From: Chiloscyllium plagiosum
Lineage: Eukaryota
NCBI RefSeq assembly: GCF_004010195.1
Contig: NC_057718.1
Coordinates: forward strand, 90,687,353-90,751,352
DNA length: 64,000 nucleotides
Reading direction: 5' to 3'
A model generated the notes under the pieces. That model saw only the letters and a program-made list of their open reading frames with translations, had not been told where the DNA came from and did not search any database. Position 1 is the first letter of the stretch. Each line of letters begins with the position of its first letter. Shown in pieces: positions 12,121 through 24,392 of this stretch. The position numbers were made by a program, and so were the translations under genes.

Positions 12121-13454
12121 TGGCTTTAGGAGCAGGGGGTTGGAGAATGTTTGGTAGCAAAAAGAACCCGTAAAGTTACAAGTGGTGACCTTTTTATTTT
12201 AGTTTAGTGTCCTGAACAGGTTTAAACTGTAATAATATGCGCATCTTCGAACATTCTTCACGCTCATCTCTGTGAGTTTTACCAAGTGGGAAAGTGCCCA
12301 AGGTGAGAGAATTTTGCAATCATACTAAGCGGGATCCAGAAATTATCCCAAGTAATTTTCCAACATCAAGCAACGTGATTTGTACTGAATAAATTCCAAC
12401 CCTGCTTTCAAATCAGTCTTCTGATGGGACACTGAAGACATCCCTCCTGTGTTATTCTTTAATATCATTTTGAGCTAAACCAGTTGCAATTAACATTTCA
12501 GGAAGAGGTGAACAGTGTTTAACTTCAGAATGGGCATCTGTCGCAATGCGAGTCTTTTCTGATTAAAATTGCCATTCCCATGTGACAGGGGCTGATAACT
12601 TGAAGCCTGCAAGACATTATTTTGACCTCATTAGCATGTCAGCACTTATTTCCAGGGGCCCGTGGTAATAGGAGGCAATTGTTTGCAAAGTCTCGAGACT
12701 GAGGTGTTCTTACAGATCACCCGCAAAATAACAATTGTGCAGCAGACTTCTCTCATTGCTTGATCGTTCTCTGAACTGCACAGCTGTCAAAATATCAGAC
12801 ATTTGGGTGACACTGCATGTCGAGGCTGCATTGCTGGACAGTTTGTTCTGGTCTGATTTCACTCAGTAGAAGGTGGGTTCAAATATCTCCATGGTGGTTT
12901 GGAGCAAACGGAAATAGTAAAAGTGACTGCGAATTGTCATTTAAAGGCACCCCCACCACAAAAAATCAGGGAAAATATAAAGTGAAGGATCAAAATAAAA
13001 TGAAAGGGCTAAAATAAGCTGTGTTCAAAGTCGTTGATGTTGACTCCCTTTTCCTTAGTCTGTTACTCTTGAGTTATTTTTCTTTCGGTGTGTGTGTATG
13101 TTTGGAGATGGAGGAATTTCCAGTCACAAACCATACGGTTCTGGATTTTGCAATGGTTTTTCACAAGTGCGTTTTCATCAATTAAAAATTAATGAATGGC
13201 TTTGTTGTGGGGGAGGGCAAGGGTCATCTGAAACAATGCAATGGCAGGGATTTTGTGGAACCCACGCACACGTTTGGGCAGACCTTTGACTTGTAATTGT
13301 ACTTTTTTTTCTTCTTCATTCATGGAGTGAGGGCATCCCTGACGAGGCAGCATTTATTGCCCATTCCTAATTGCCCAGACGGCAGTTAAGAGTCAACCAC
13401 ATCACTGTGGGTCTGGAGTCACATGTAGGCCAGACCAGGTAAGGATGGCAGATT

Positions 13455-13579
13455 CATCAGGAAGGCTTTTGCCCGAAACGTTGACTCTCCTGCTCCTCGG
13501 ATGCTGCCTGACCTCCTGTGCTTTTCCAGCACCACACTGTCGACTCTGATTTCCAGCATCTGTGATCCTCACTTTCTCC
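13455..13579 (+). mobile_element. Short PLE-derived insertion with a split hammerhead-like core
   Basis: 14-bp TSD aag(g/a)atggcagatt at 13441-13454 and 13580-13593; inverted tcatcagg fused to ggcttttgcccgaaacgttgac. Confidence 0.75.
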
Positions 13580-13773
13580 AAGAATGGCAGATTTCCTTCC
13601 CTACAAGGAATTAGAGAATCAGCTGGGTTTTTCCAACAATCAACAATGGATCTGTGGTCATCGTTAGACTCTTAATTCCAGTATTTTAAAAAATTGAGTT
13701 CAAATTCCACCATCTGCCATGGCAGGATTCAGACCCAGGTCCCCAGAACATTCCCTGGGTCTCTGGATGAACA

Positions 13774-13826
13774 ATAGATAATAGACAATAGGTGCAGGAG
13801 TAGGCCATTCTGCCCTTCGAGCCTGC
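13774..13826 (-). mobile_element. 53-bp 5'-truncated CR1 tail with a perfect 22-bp TSD
   Basis: tccctgggtctctggatgaaca at 13752-13773 and 13827-13848; same tail as the insert near 44406. Confidence 0.85.
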
Positions 13827-14189
13827 TCCCTGGGTCTCTGGATGAACAGTCCAGCGATAATACAATTAGGCCATCGTCTCCCTCACTGTGCATGTTTGAT
13901 TCATGGTCATCAACAAGTGTGTGAAAGTGGGTTCACTGACTATCCTTCATTTCTCCCCAATCATTCCTTTTCCTGGCAGAAACGATGCTACCATCCTCAC
14001 AGCATGGCATGTTGCCCTGTGAGGGATGATGGCAGTAAAATGATTTGTGCCATCTTGGATTACAGGTGCACACTGAACCTCTGGTAGATATTCTTAAAGT
14101 GACACTTGATACCTATTGTCTATGTAAAATCCGAATTGGAGTCAGAAAGCAACATGTATTAACATGACCATAAAGACAAGACGTTTGAC

Positions 14190-14300
14190 CTCTCGCTGTC
14201 TCTCGCACTCTCTCGCTTGTTCTCTCACTAACTCTCTCACTCACTCTTTCTCTCTCTCTCTCTCTCTCTGCTCTCTCTTGCTGTCTCCTTCACTACTTCT

Positions 14301-14345
<45 letters not shown>

Positions 14346-14375
14346 GTTGTCTCCTTCACTACTTCTTTCTCTCCT
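14190..14375. repeat. (CT)n microsatellite containing a ~66-bp tandem duplication
   Basis: tgctctctcttg(c/t)tgtctccttcactacttctttctctcct at 14269 and 14335. Confidence 0.9.
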
Positions 14376-14395
14376 GAGGTAGACCAAGAAACCTG

Positions 14396-14562
14396 AAACA
14401 AACACAGGCAATGCTGGAGAAACTGAAGAAGAGGCATACTGGACTCAAAACGTTAACTCTGTTTCTCCCTCCACCGATGCCACCAGACCTGCTGAGTTTC
14501 TCCAGTATTCTGCATTTGTTTCAGATTTCCAGCATCTGCAGTATTTGACTTTTAATTAAGGA
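14396..14562. mobile_element. Short fold-back PLE-derived insertion with hammerhead-like core
   Basis: 10-bp TSD aagaaacctg at 14386-14395 and 14563-14572; aatgctggagaaact pairs with agtttctccagtatt; ctgaaga-a-gaggc-atactg-gactc-aaaa-cgtt at 14423-14454. Confidence 0.7.
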
Positions 14563-14639
14563 AAGAAACCTGTTCCCTAATTTGCCTCCACAGTGGGTAC
14601 TTTTAAGCAAGTAAGATAAGGGTGGGATCTAGGTTGGAC

Positions 14640-15670
14640 CCTCTGATATCAGACAGTCTGTACCAAATGAAGAACATGACAAAAATTCAGGATGTGTAAA
14701 ATAATATCAAGGATGCAAATGAAAGGGGAGCATATAGAGCTAGGATATAGGTGCAGAGCAGATTGAGAAAGTAGATAATGTGGTATGTGGAATATTTACA
14801 AATATTTTGTTGCTGTAACACACAAAAGAAAGGTTATGAATAATCATTATAACACACTAGAGTATTGTATCCACTTCTGGGCACCGCACTTTTGGAAGGC
14901 AGGGTAGCACAGTGGTTCAGTGGTTGGCACTGCAGCCTCACAGTGCCAGGGACCCAGGTTCGATTCCCACCTTGCGCGACCGTCTGTGTGGCGTTTGAAC
15001 ATTCTCCCTGTGTCTGAGTGTATAGGTCAGGTGAATTGGCCATGCTAAATTGACCATAGTATTAGGTGCATTAGTTAGGGGAATGGGCCTGGGTGAGTTA
15101 CTCTTCAGAGGGTCGGTGTGGACTTGTTGGGCCGAAGGGAATCTAATCTTAAAAAAAAGGGTGTGAAGGTGAGGGAAAGATTTATGACAATTATTACGGG
15201 GGGCAGAGGCTTCAGTTCCTTGGATAGATTGGAGAAACATGTGCAGATCTCCTTTGAGAAGCATAGGGTAAAGAGGAGATTTGATAGAGTTGTTAAAAAC
15301 CATGAGGGGCCTGTGCAGAGCAGGTTAGGGGAAATGCTCCCAAGAGCAGAAAGGGAAGTAGGAACTGGAGTAGACCAATCAGCTCCTTGAGGTGGAAGAC
15401 CAGAGGATAGTGCTTTAAGTTGAAAGGCAAAAGAGCAGCTGGACGAAATTTGCAGTGACTGGTTAGGATGTGGAATGCATTGTCTGAGAGTGTGATGAAG
15501 GCAGCTTCAATTGTAGCTTTCTTAACGAATTGGATAATTGCCTGAAGGTAGAAAAGAATGCACAACCTCGGGGTGGGGGACAAAGAGGAGTGGTGTTAAC
15601 TGAGGCAAGATTCAGCATGGACATGTTACATTGAATTACTTTCTTCTGTGGGATAACCATTCTACAATAG
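14640..15670 (+). mobile_element. Degraded CR1 LINE interrupted by an HE1 SINE
   Basis: ctagagtattgtatccacttctgggcaccgcac (LEYCIHFWAPH) before the SINE; agaggagatttgatagag (RGDLIE) after it. Confidence 0.65.
14900..15150 (+). mobile_element. HE1-type SINE
   Basis: gcacagtggttcagtgg, gggacccaggttcgattccc, aatctaatct tail. Confidence 0.88.
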
Positions 15671-16387
15671 TCAAGCAACTAGGAAGTCTCCTAGATAATG
15701 GCGAGTGACAGCTGATCATCGTTTTACTTCAGTCAGTGTCACTGGCTTTATGCAGGAGACAGCACTGCCAGTGGCCACCATCAGGAAGTAGAAGCAGAAA
15801 CAATTGAAATACGAGCAACATCCAAGTCCCAGTCCATCAAGGTCTGGGAGTGTGCAATAAAGGATAGCAGGATCAATAGAATTTTATTAAAGATCACTGG
15901 TGTCACAATCACAGATCACAACCAACCATCACTGAAGGACAGTCTCAGTTCTGTTTCTTTTAAAGGCGGACTGAGATAGTCGGATGTATGTCCAGTGGCT
16001 GCCTGGAGAGGAGCCGTAGAATGTCTCACCTGCGTGCGTCAAGAATATTTCAAAGAGAGAAAATGCATGACACACTCCTGGAGGTTCTCTCAGACTGTGA
16101 AACTGATGCAAAAAAAGGCACCAGTCTGGTTGGGAGTCAGATTTATATTTTCGCCCTTTCAAAAACACACAAAGACCGGTATATAATGTGAGCTTCAACC
16201 CTGGTCTGTGTGTGTTAGTGGCCTGATATCCTACTGTATGGACAAATGGGCTGTGAGGGTCCCAGTTTTGAGAGCATTCAATAGACGCTCATGCAGCACA
16301 GGTGAACAAAGCGAAAAGATGGCCTAGCCACTGTCAAAAGGAATGAAGACACAATCATTTCAATTAACCAGCCAAACCAAAGATTTC

Positions 16388-16430
16388 AATCAACTATTCA
16401 ACAATCAACTATTCAATAATCAACTATTCA
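16388..16430. repeat. 15-bp tandem repeat x3 inside an LTR-like segment
   Basis: aatcaactattcaac aatcaactattcaat aatcaactattca. Confidence 0.8.
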
Positions 16431-16682
16431 CCTGCCAGAGGCAACAGCCACCAAAACCACCACAACATTCTTCCATCCATTCTTCATAAATGACTCAGCG
16501 ACTGACCTACATATTTGTCTTAATCTTTATCTTATTTTTGCATTTGTGTGTACTGTGTTATTATTTCTTCCAAATTTGGTACTAATAAACTCTTTTGTTA
16601 GCTCAACTCAAGAAAGTTTGGTTAAATTGGTTTTTATGTCCAGGAGAATGATATCCACAAGGGAAGGAAGTCTTTATAAATG

Positions 16683-16835
16683 TTAAAAATCCCACAACAC
16701 TGGGTTATAGTCCAACAGGTATTTTTGGATTTACTAGTTTTCGGAGTGCTGCTTCTTCATCAGGTGATTGTGGGGCAGATTCATGAGACACAGACTTTAT
16801 AGCAACAGGATTGCAACATTTACAAATGTTGTAAC
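16683..16835 (-). mobile_element. PLE 3' terminal fragment with hammerhead-like core
   Basis: Same family as 3060 and 29309; minus strand reads ctgatga-a-gaagc-agc-actcc-gaaa at 16763-16739. Confidence 0.7.
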
Positions 16836-17624
16836 CATCCGAGGGGGCAAGTGAATAAAGAAAGGGGGGAATTTCATCCCTCCTCACTCCAAAACTTGAC
16901 AACTCGGAGTATCCGCTTTGGAGATGTGATAACATGCAGAACCTCACGTGGGATCTGGTCAAATCACTAGCGTCTGGTGGCTAAATAAGGTCAATTTCAT
17001 TTCCATTCTGCAAAAGGCTTGGACTTTTTTTCACTTTCCATAACTCGGCCATTTATAATCCCTGTGCTAATCTCAGCTGGCTCAAATACATCAGATCTTG
17101 TTACTGAAAGTGATAATGATTTTTTGTCAGTGATCGTATTTAGTCTATCTTTTTGTGAGATGTGCAAGCCAGTGACCCTGAGTAACGCGTGTTGAAATTT
17201 TCTGAAACCACAGAAGCCGACATTGCAGAAAGTAGGGGAGAAGTCAAGCTTCCTTTCATTTGCAGAACTTACAAAAGTTCTGTCACAGAACTATCATGGT
17301 GAGGCTAGCCCGGTGATGATACCAGCTATGAGGACTCTCACTTCGCGTTGTGGTTTCACAAAATGTCAACACATTGCACGAAAGATCACAAGTTTGCAAC
17401 TTTCACGGGGACGAGAAATGGTCTGATTGTGAATTGCCAAATATGGCTATTGCTTAAAAACAATTATAACCTCATGAATTTGGTCGACCCAGTTGTTCAT
17501 AATCCCATGATATTAATTGCAGATTTTTAACTTTATTTTCATTCTTTGCTCTTGCAATGTAGACATCATTGGCGAGGCCAACATTTATTCTCAACCCTCG
17601 TTTGATAAAATTGGTTAAGATCAA

Positions 17625-19065
17625 AACTGGAGGCTGGCTAACATGGTGCCACTATTTAAGAAAAGGGGTAAGGAAAAGCCAGGGAACTATAGACCAGTGA
17701 GCCTGACATTGGTGGTTGGCAAGTTGTTGGAGGGAATCCTGAGGGACAGGATTTACATGTATTTAGAAAGGCAAGGACTGATTAGGGATAGTCAACATGG
17801 CTTTGGGTGTGGGAAATTGTAACTTACTAACTTGATTGAGTTTTTTCAAGTAACGAAGAGGATTGATGAGGGCAGAGCAGTAGACGTGATCTCTATGGAC
17901 TTCACTAAGGCATTTGACAAGGTTCCTCATGGTTAGCCCAAGGTTAGATCACATAGTATGCAGAGAGAACTAGCTATTTGGATACAGAGCTGGCTCAAAG
18001 GTAGAAGACAGAGAATGGTGGTGAAGGGTTGCTTTTCAGACTGGAGGCCTGTGACCAGTGATGTGCTACAAGAATCGATGCTGGGTCCACTGCTTTTCAT
18101 CATTTATATAAATGGTTTTGATGTGAACGTAGGATATATGGTTAGTAAGTTTGCAGATGACACCAAAATTGGAGACGTAGTGGACAGCGAAAAAGGTTAC
18201 CTCAGATTACAACAGGATCTTGACCAGATGGGCCAATGGGCCAATGAATGGCAGATAGAGTTTAATTTAGATAAATGCAAGGTGCTGTATTTTGGAAAGG
18301 CAAATCAGAGCAAGACTTATGCACTCAATGGTAAGGTCCCGGGGCGTGTTGCTGAGCAAAGAGACCTAGAAATGTAGGTTCATAGCTCCTTGAAAGTAGA
18401 GTCGCAGGTAGACAGGACAGTGAAGAAGGCATTTTGTATGTTTTCCTTTATTGGACAGAGCATCAAGTGTAAGTGTTGGGAGGTCATGTTGCGGCTGTAC
18501 AGGACATTGGTTAGGCCACTTTTGGAAAACAGCATGCACTTGTGGTTTCTCTCCTATCGGAAGGATGTTGTGAAACTTGAAAGGTTCAGAAAAGGTTTAC
18601 GAGGATGTTGCCAGGGTTGTAAGTTTTATCCTATAGGGACAGATTGAATAGGCTGGGACTGTTTTCCCTGGAGTGTTGGAGGATGAGGGGTGACCTTACA
18701 GAGGTTTATAAATTGTTGAGGGCCATAGGTGGGGTGTATAGCCAAGGTCTTTTCCCTGGGGTCGGGGTTTCCAGAACTAGAGGGCATAGATTTAAGGTAA
18801 GAGGGGAAAGATTTAAAAGGGACCTGAGGGGCAATGTTTTCATGTAAAGGGTGGTGAGTGTATGGAATGAGCTGCCAGAGGAAGTGGTGGAGACTGGTAC
18901 AATTACAGCATTTAAAAGGCATCTGGATGGGTATATGAATAGGAAGGGTTTAGAGGGATGTCCAAATGCTGACAAATGGGACTAGATTAATTCAGTATAT
19001 CTGGTCAGCATGGACAAGTTGGACTGAAGGGTCTGTTTCCGTGCTGTACATCTCTTATGACACTC
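17625..19065 (+). mobile_element. HER1/CR1 LINE, 5'-truncated (~1.44 kb), disrupted RT ORF
   Basis: PGNYRPVSLT, DFTKAFDKVPH, SKFADDTK, RGDLTEVYK and VWNELPEEVV motifs with stops and frameshifts; 3' tail similar to HE1. Confidence 0.93.
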
Positions 19066-19382
19066 TGACTCTTTCACCTCTGGACTGAAGTCACGTTGGC
19101 CAGACCGGGTGAGAATGGCAGGTTTCTGTCCCCCAAGCACATTCCTGAACCAATTGGGGTTCGACAACTCACTGACTTTGTTGTCACTTTTACAGGTATC
19201 AGACTTTGAAAAATAAATCATTTATTCAAATTCTTCACTGCCAAAGCTTGGATTTAATGCTTGCATTCTCTGGATTGTGTAACCAGTGTTATAACTATTA
19301 CTCTTCAGTAATGTTCAATTATAATTGACATTTGGAAGAAGACGGTAAATATCTCCTTAGCCCATACAGGAAGCATTTAATT

Positions 19383-19712
19383 CATAGAATCCATATAGTG
19401 TGGAAACAGGCCCTTCAGCCCAACGAGTCCACACCAATCCTCTGAAGAGTAACCCACCCAGACCCATTCCCCCTACCCTATTACTTTGCATTTACACCTG
19501 ACCTACACGTCCCCAAACACTATGGGCAATTTAGCATGGCCAATTCACCTAACTTACACATCTTTGGATTGTGGGAGGAAACCAAGGCACCCAGAGGAAA
19601 CCCACGCAGACACGGGGAGAATGTGCAAACACCACACAGTCACTCGAGGTTGGAATTGAACCTGGGTCCCTGGTGCTGTGAGGCAGTCATGCTAACCACT
19701 GAGCCACCGTGC
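19383..19712 (-). mobile_element. HE1-type SINE
   Basis: Full-length reverse complement. Confidence 0.9.
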
Positions 19713-19899
19713 TGATGTTCTATTGACAGAAGGCAATGGGTCCCCTGATTGTCTTGTTGCCTGTACAATAATCCTCAAGTGGTTAGCATTCTGGGACATT
19801 GGAGGATTGGTTGGCTTGAATTGACGTCATAGTCATAGAGTTATGGAGGTCTACAGCACAGATAAAGGTGTTTTGGCCCATCAAGCCTGTACAGGTCAT

Positions 19900-20430
19900 A
19901 AATACTACAGTGAGTAATTCACTTCCTGACTCCCGAAAAAAATGTTCACCATCTACAAGGCACAAGTCCGATGTGTGATTGAATGCTCCCCAACTGCCTG
20001 GATGAGTGCAGCCCCAACAACACTTAAGAAGCTTGACACCGTCCAGGACAAAGCAGTCCGTTTGACTAGCACCACATCCACAAGTATCCACTCCCTCCAC
20101 CACCCACGCTCAGTAGCCACATTATATGCTATCTACAAGACGCACTACAGATATTCATCAAGGATCATTAACAATACCTTCCAAACCCATGACCACTTCC
20201 ATCTAGGAGGACAAGGACAGCAGATACTTGGTAACATTACCGCTTCCGTGTTCCCCTCCAAGCCACTCGCCATCCTGACTTGGAAATATATCTTTTACTG
20301 TCGCTGGGTCAAAATCCTGGAATTCCCTACCGAAGGGCATTGTGGGTCAACCCACAGCAGGTGGACTTGCAGCGGTTCAAGAAGGCAGCTCACCCCCACC
20401 TTCTCAAGGGGCAACTCGGGACGGGCAATA
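19900..20430 (+). mobile_element. CR1/L2-group LINE family B, 3' fragment
   Basis: TIYKAQVRCVIECSPTAWMSAAPTTLKKLDTVQDKAVRL; ends in gggcaactcgggacgggcaata, like the SINE B tail. Confidence 0.8.
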
Positions 20431-20754
20431 GATGAAACAAACACCTTACTGTTCCAGTCCCATTTCCCAGCATTTGTCTTGCATGTCTTGGCATCGCAAG
20501 TTCTGGAGGAGGTAACAGTAGGTGAGGCCACAAGGGATTTCAACACAAGAGTGATGACATCAAATTTGAGATGGCGGGTGACTGAAGCAAATGAAGGTCG
20601 ATAAGATAGGAGTGATCATCAAGTGTAACTTTGTACATGAGCATTGCTGAAGGCAGTGGAAGGTGAAGGATGGGGACTATCTAAGAGAATACTGGAGAAG
20701 AGTTGGCAAAAAATGATCAACTGAGGGCAGGGCTGAGGACATTGTACCCTTTAA

Positions 20755-21050
20755 TAGATGCACTGCAGAAACTCCTTTGGCACCCCTGCCACTTAGAAGG
20801 GCAGCAAATGCTTGGGAACACCATCACCTGCAAGTTCCCCTCTCAACATAAGATATTGCCGTTCCTTCGTTGTTGCTGGGCCAAAATACTGAAGCGCCCT
20901 CGGCAATGACACTTATGGAGGTGTATCCACAACCAGATGGACTGCGGCAGTTCAAGAAGACAGCTCACTATCACCGCCTTTCAAAGGCAGTTGGGGTGGT
21001 ATCGAATGCCAGACTTGCCAAAGATGGCCAAACCTTGATGAGTGGTTAAA
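20755..21050 (+). mobile_element. LINE family B 3' tail fragment
   Basis: Similar to 20200-20430 (cagttcaagaagacagctcac). Confidence 0.65.
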
Positions 21051-22124
21051 AAAAATGTTTCTGAAAAGGAAGGAGGTAATCAGTGTAGGTGAAAGCACAG
21101 TGTCCTCAGCAACTGATACAGTGAGGGAGTTGTTCTGTGTACTGAATCCATTTCAGAAGCAATGGGTTTGACAGCTAACACAAGCACCAGCTCCTCAGTG
21201 TCACGCCTCAAGAAACTAAGAAGGCCAAGCCATGCAAAGCAAGTGCTGGAAAATGGGATTGGAATGGTTAGGTATTTGTTTCATTTATTGCCCGTCCCTA
21301 GTTGCCCTTGAGAATGTAGTGGTGAGCCGTCTTCTTGAACCACACATCCTTTGCTTATTCAGTGAATCCTACTCGATTTGTTCCTCACACTTTTGTGCTT
21401 ATTATGTTGCAGTTCGTGTGCGATGGGGCACACAGTTGTCAGCGACTCAATTGTCAAGCTGCTGCATGCTCAATGCCAGCCTGCAGATGGGCAGTGACGT
21501 TGTGCTGGGTGAAGCTGAGAACTCAGCTCTCCAGGACTGTTGATGCAGGGGGTGCAGGGGGTGCATTTTGAGCTGAAATGACTGTGACATATTTGCATTG
21601 CGCGTCACGCAGGAAAGTGGAAGTAGGTTAAGCTGCTTTTGAGTCATTGCTTAAAGAGTATTTCACTAGGCCACACTGAGGTCCACAGTCTGTCTCGAAT
21701 AATTCAACTTAAGTTGATGCTTGTTTGTCCCCTTCCTCCCAACATGCGCAAACCACCTCATAATGTGGTGTATTCCAGTTCTGTCATGTTCACACGAGAC
21801 CTATTTTAGAAGTTTACACTGTGAAATCAAACATATGGCCCATTTGTTCGGTGCTTGGTGTTTTTGAGCCGTATTGATGGAACCTTTTTTTTATCAAAAC
21901 TGGGGACCTAACACACTGCATGAGAGCTCTGGTGTCAGATTTCCCTTCATCCCCACAAAAGCAGAGTGTTGTATCACTGGATCTAATAAATTATGCGTCT
22001 TCCTGTACTTTCGAACAACGCGGATCGCCCAGTTTGAAAAGCAATGAAGCACAATTAAAATCTGATTTGATAAAGTGATTAGCAAAATGTGCGCGATTGG
22101 CCTATTACATCCCGAATAAAGCAG

Positions 22125-22295
22125 TAGAACATAGAACAGTAAAGCACAGGAACAGGCCCTTCAGTCCACCATGTTGTGCCAAACATGACGTCAAAGTAAA
22201 CTAATCCCCTTCTGCCTGCCCTTGGTCCATATCCCCCCATTCCTTGAACATTCACCTGCATATCTAAAAGCCCATTAACGCCCCTATCGTATCTA
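22125..22295 (-). mobile_element. CR1 3' tail
   Basis: tagaacatagaacag ... caggaacaggcccttc; YGPRAGR on the minus strand. Confidence 0.7.
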
Positions 22296-22554
22296 AAATG
22301 GTAGTCATTTTGTGACGAAGGTTCTGTGTAACTGAGCTGTACTCACTTTATGTAACAAAACCACAGCCTGTTACATTGCTTTTTTTAAACTGAAGTCGAT
22401 GAACTTATACAGAAACGAATTGTGCCCTCCCTGTGTCTAAGGGCAGGGATTAACCTTTAACCGAGATCTGTGCACCTATAGACGGTGATAGTTAGCATTC
22501 AGAGAGCACAGTTATTCCTGGCCAATTTGCTATCAGGTCTCTGTTATCTTGGAC

Positions 22555-22880
22555 ATGATCCCTATGGTGTGAAAAGAGGCCATTCAGTCCATTAAGTCTA
22601 CATTGACCCTCCAAAGAGCATCCAACCAGGCCTAGTCTTCCATCCTAACCCTGCCTTTCCCATGGCTAATGTACCTAGCCTGCACATGCCTGGATACTGT
22701 GGGTAACTTAGCATGGCCAATACACCTAACCCGCCCATCTTTGGACTGTGGGAGGAAACTGGAGCATCTAGAGGAATCCCACACAGACACGGGGAGAATG
22801 TGCAAACACCACACAGGCACCCCAGAGTGGAATCGAACCCAGGTCCCTGGTGCAGCATTGTTTACCACTGAGTCATCCAT
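22555..22880 (-). mobile_element. HE1-type SINE
   Basis: HE1 body motifs. Confidence 0.85.
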
Positions 22881-23059
22881 AAAGATATATAGATTAAAGC
22901 CATTTTATTCTTCTGTTAGGTAGCACAGCAGCAGATTTATTTTAGTTTTGCAGTAAGGAATAAGAATTTTATCTTGTGCTTCTAACCACCCTCTGTGATG
23001 TTGGATTTTCAGGTGGATCCCTGTTGGAATATTTGAGTCAATGTAATATGGCCACACTA

Positions 23060-23275
23060 GGCGAAAGTGAGGACTGCAGATGCTGGAGATTAGAGTTGAG
23101 AGTGTGGCGCTGGAAAAGCACAGCAGGTCGGGCAGCATCCGAGGAACAGGAAAATCGATGTTCCAGGCGAAAGGCCTTCATAAGAAATGAGGCTGGGAGC
23201 CTTGGGGGTGGAGATGTAAATGGGAGGGGGTGGAGCTGGTAGCTGAGAGGGCGATAGGTGGATGGAGGTGGGGGT
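23060..23275 (-). mobile_element. PLE 3' UTR/terminal fragment
   Basis: Closely similar to 26300-26520; hammerhead core degenerate. Confidence 0.75.
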
Positions 23276-23329
23276 AATATAGCCGTACACCCCTCAGGGC
23301 TATATTCAGTTCAGGAAAACATTCTGCGC

Positions 23330-23740
23330 AGTGAGCAGAATAGATCTTCACCAACAACAGCTTATGCAGCATGCTTATTGCAAGAAAATGTGCCAGGCAC
23401 TTCAAAAGCACAATAAAACAAAAAATGACCATCTAATGACATCATCAGGTGACCAAAAGGTTGGTCAAAGAGGCAGTTTTTTTAATAAGCAAAGAAAGAA
23501 GGCAAGCTTTGGGGAGCCTAAAGGAGGAAATTCAGGCCTTCAAGCCCAGAGACCTGAAGGGCAAGGTTACACCCAGTGGAGCAACGTCAGTCCCATTGAA
23601 TATCAGGGAGGTTTGTGAGGCCAGAACTGAACGTAGATGTCTGAATGGTTGTGGGACTGGAAGGAATTGCAGATTTTGGAGAGCTGAGGCCATGGAGAGA
23701 TTTGAAAGCAAGAGTAAAGATCTTAAAGTCAAAATGTTGT
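23330..23740 (-). mobile_element. L2-like LINE 3' fragment
   Basis: HFDFKIFTLAFKSLHGLSSP on the minus strand, an L2 C-terminal motif. Confidence 0.7.
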
Positions 23741-23744
23741 TTTG

Positions 23745-23965
23745 GCCAGTGGTCAGGATCGGGAATTCTCTGCCTGAGAGTGTGGTGGAAGGAAGATTCA
23801 ATTGAGGCCTCCAAAGGGGACTTTGAATAACTAAATGAAGAGAGAGGATTTGGAGGCCATTTCAGCAAAAAGGTGGCAGAGTGGGGACGTGTGACCTTGC
23901 TCACTTAGAGGGCTAGTACAGACACAACTGGCCAAGTGACCTCCTGTGTTGCAATGATTCTGGTT
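23745..23965 (+). mobile_element. Degraded CR1 3' fragment
   Basis: VVRIGNSLPESVVEG. Confidence 0.6.
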
Positions 23966-24074
23966 CTCTGTTCTAGCTGCACACAGGAGTGAGATTGAGG
24001 AATTGCACTTTGGCGAGATGCTTCTAGCACTTTCTGCATATATTTGAAAACCTGCTTCCGGTGCTGGAGGTATG

Positions 24075-24392
24075 CCAGTACTGCTGCCTCAGCACCAGGG
24101 ACCCGGGTTCGATTCCAGCCTCGAGCGACTGTCTGTGTGGAGTTTGCACATTCTCCCCCGTGTCCATGTGGGTTTCCTCCGGGTGCTCCGGTTTCCTCCC
24201 ACAATCCAAAGATGTGCAGGTCAGGTGGATTGGCTGTGCTAAATTACCCATGTTGTTCAGGGATGTGTAGGTTAGATTGATTATCCATGGGAAATGCAGG
24301 GCTACAGGGATAGGGTGGGGGTGCAATTTGGAGGGCGGTGTGGACTCAATGGGCCGAATGGCTTGCTTCCACACTGTCGGGATTCTATGACT
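24075..24392 (+). mobile_element. HE1-type SINE
   Basis: gggacccgggttcgattccagcc ... gggattctatg. Confidence 0.9.

Larger units (their letters stand above)
13310..13885 (-). mobile_element. SINE family B (near full length) with two nested insertions
   Basis: gttaagagtcaaccaca, ggagtcacatgtaggccagaccaggtaaggatggcag; tRNA-like head at the right end. Confidence 0.85.

Noticed and set aside
14164..14437. Leu/Ser-rich and Arg/Glu-rich ORFs
   Set aside because: Translation of a (CT)n microsatellite.
17958..18847. Functional reverse transcriptase gene
   Set aside because: 5'-truncated LINE with stops and frameshifts, and no endonuclease or ORF1.
19942..20604. 220-aa ORF as a host gene
   Set aside because: The N-terminal part is a LINE ORF2 C-terminus that reads through into UTR and flank.
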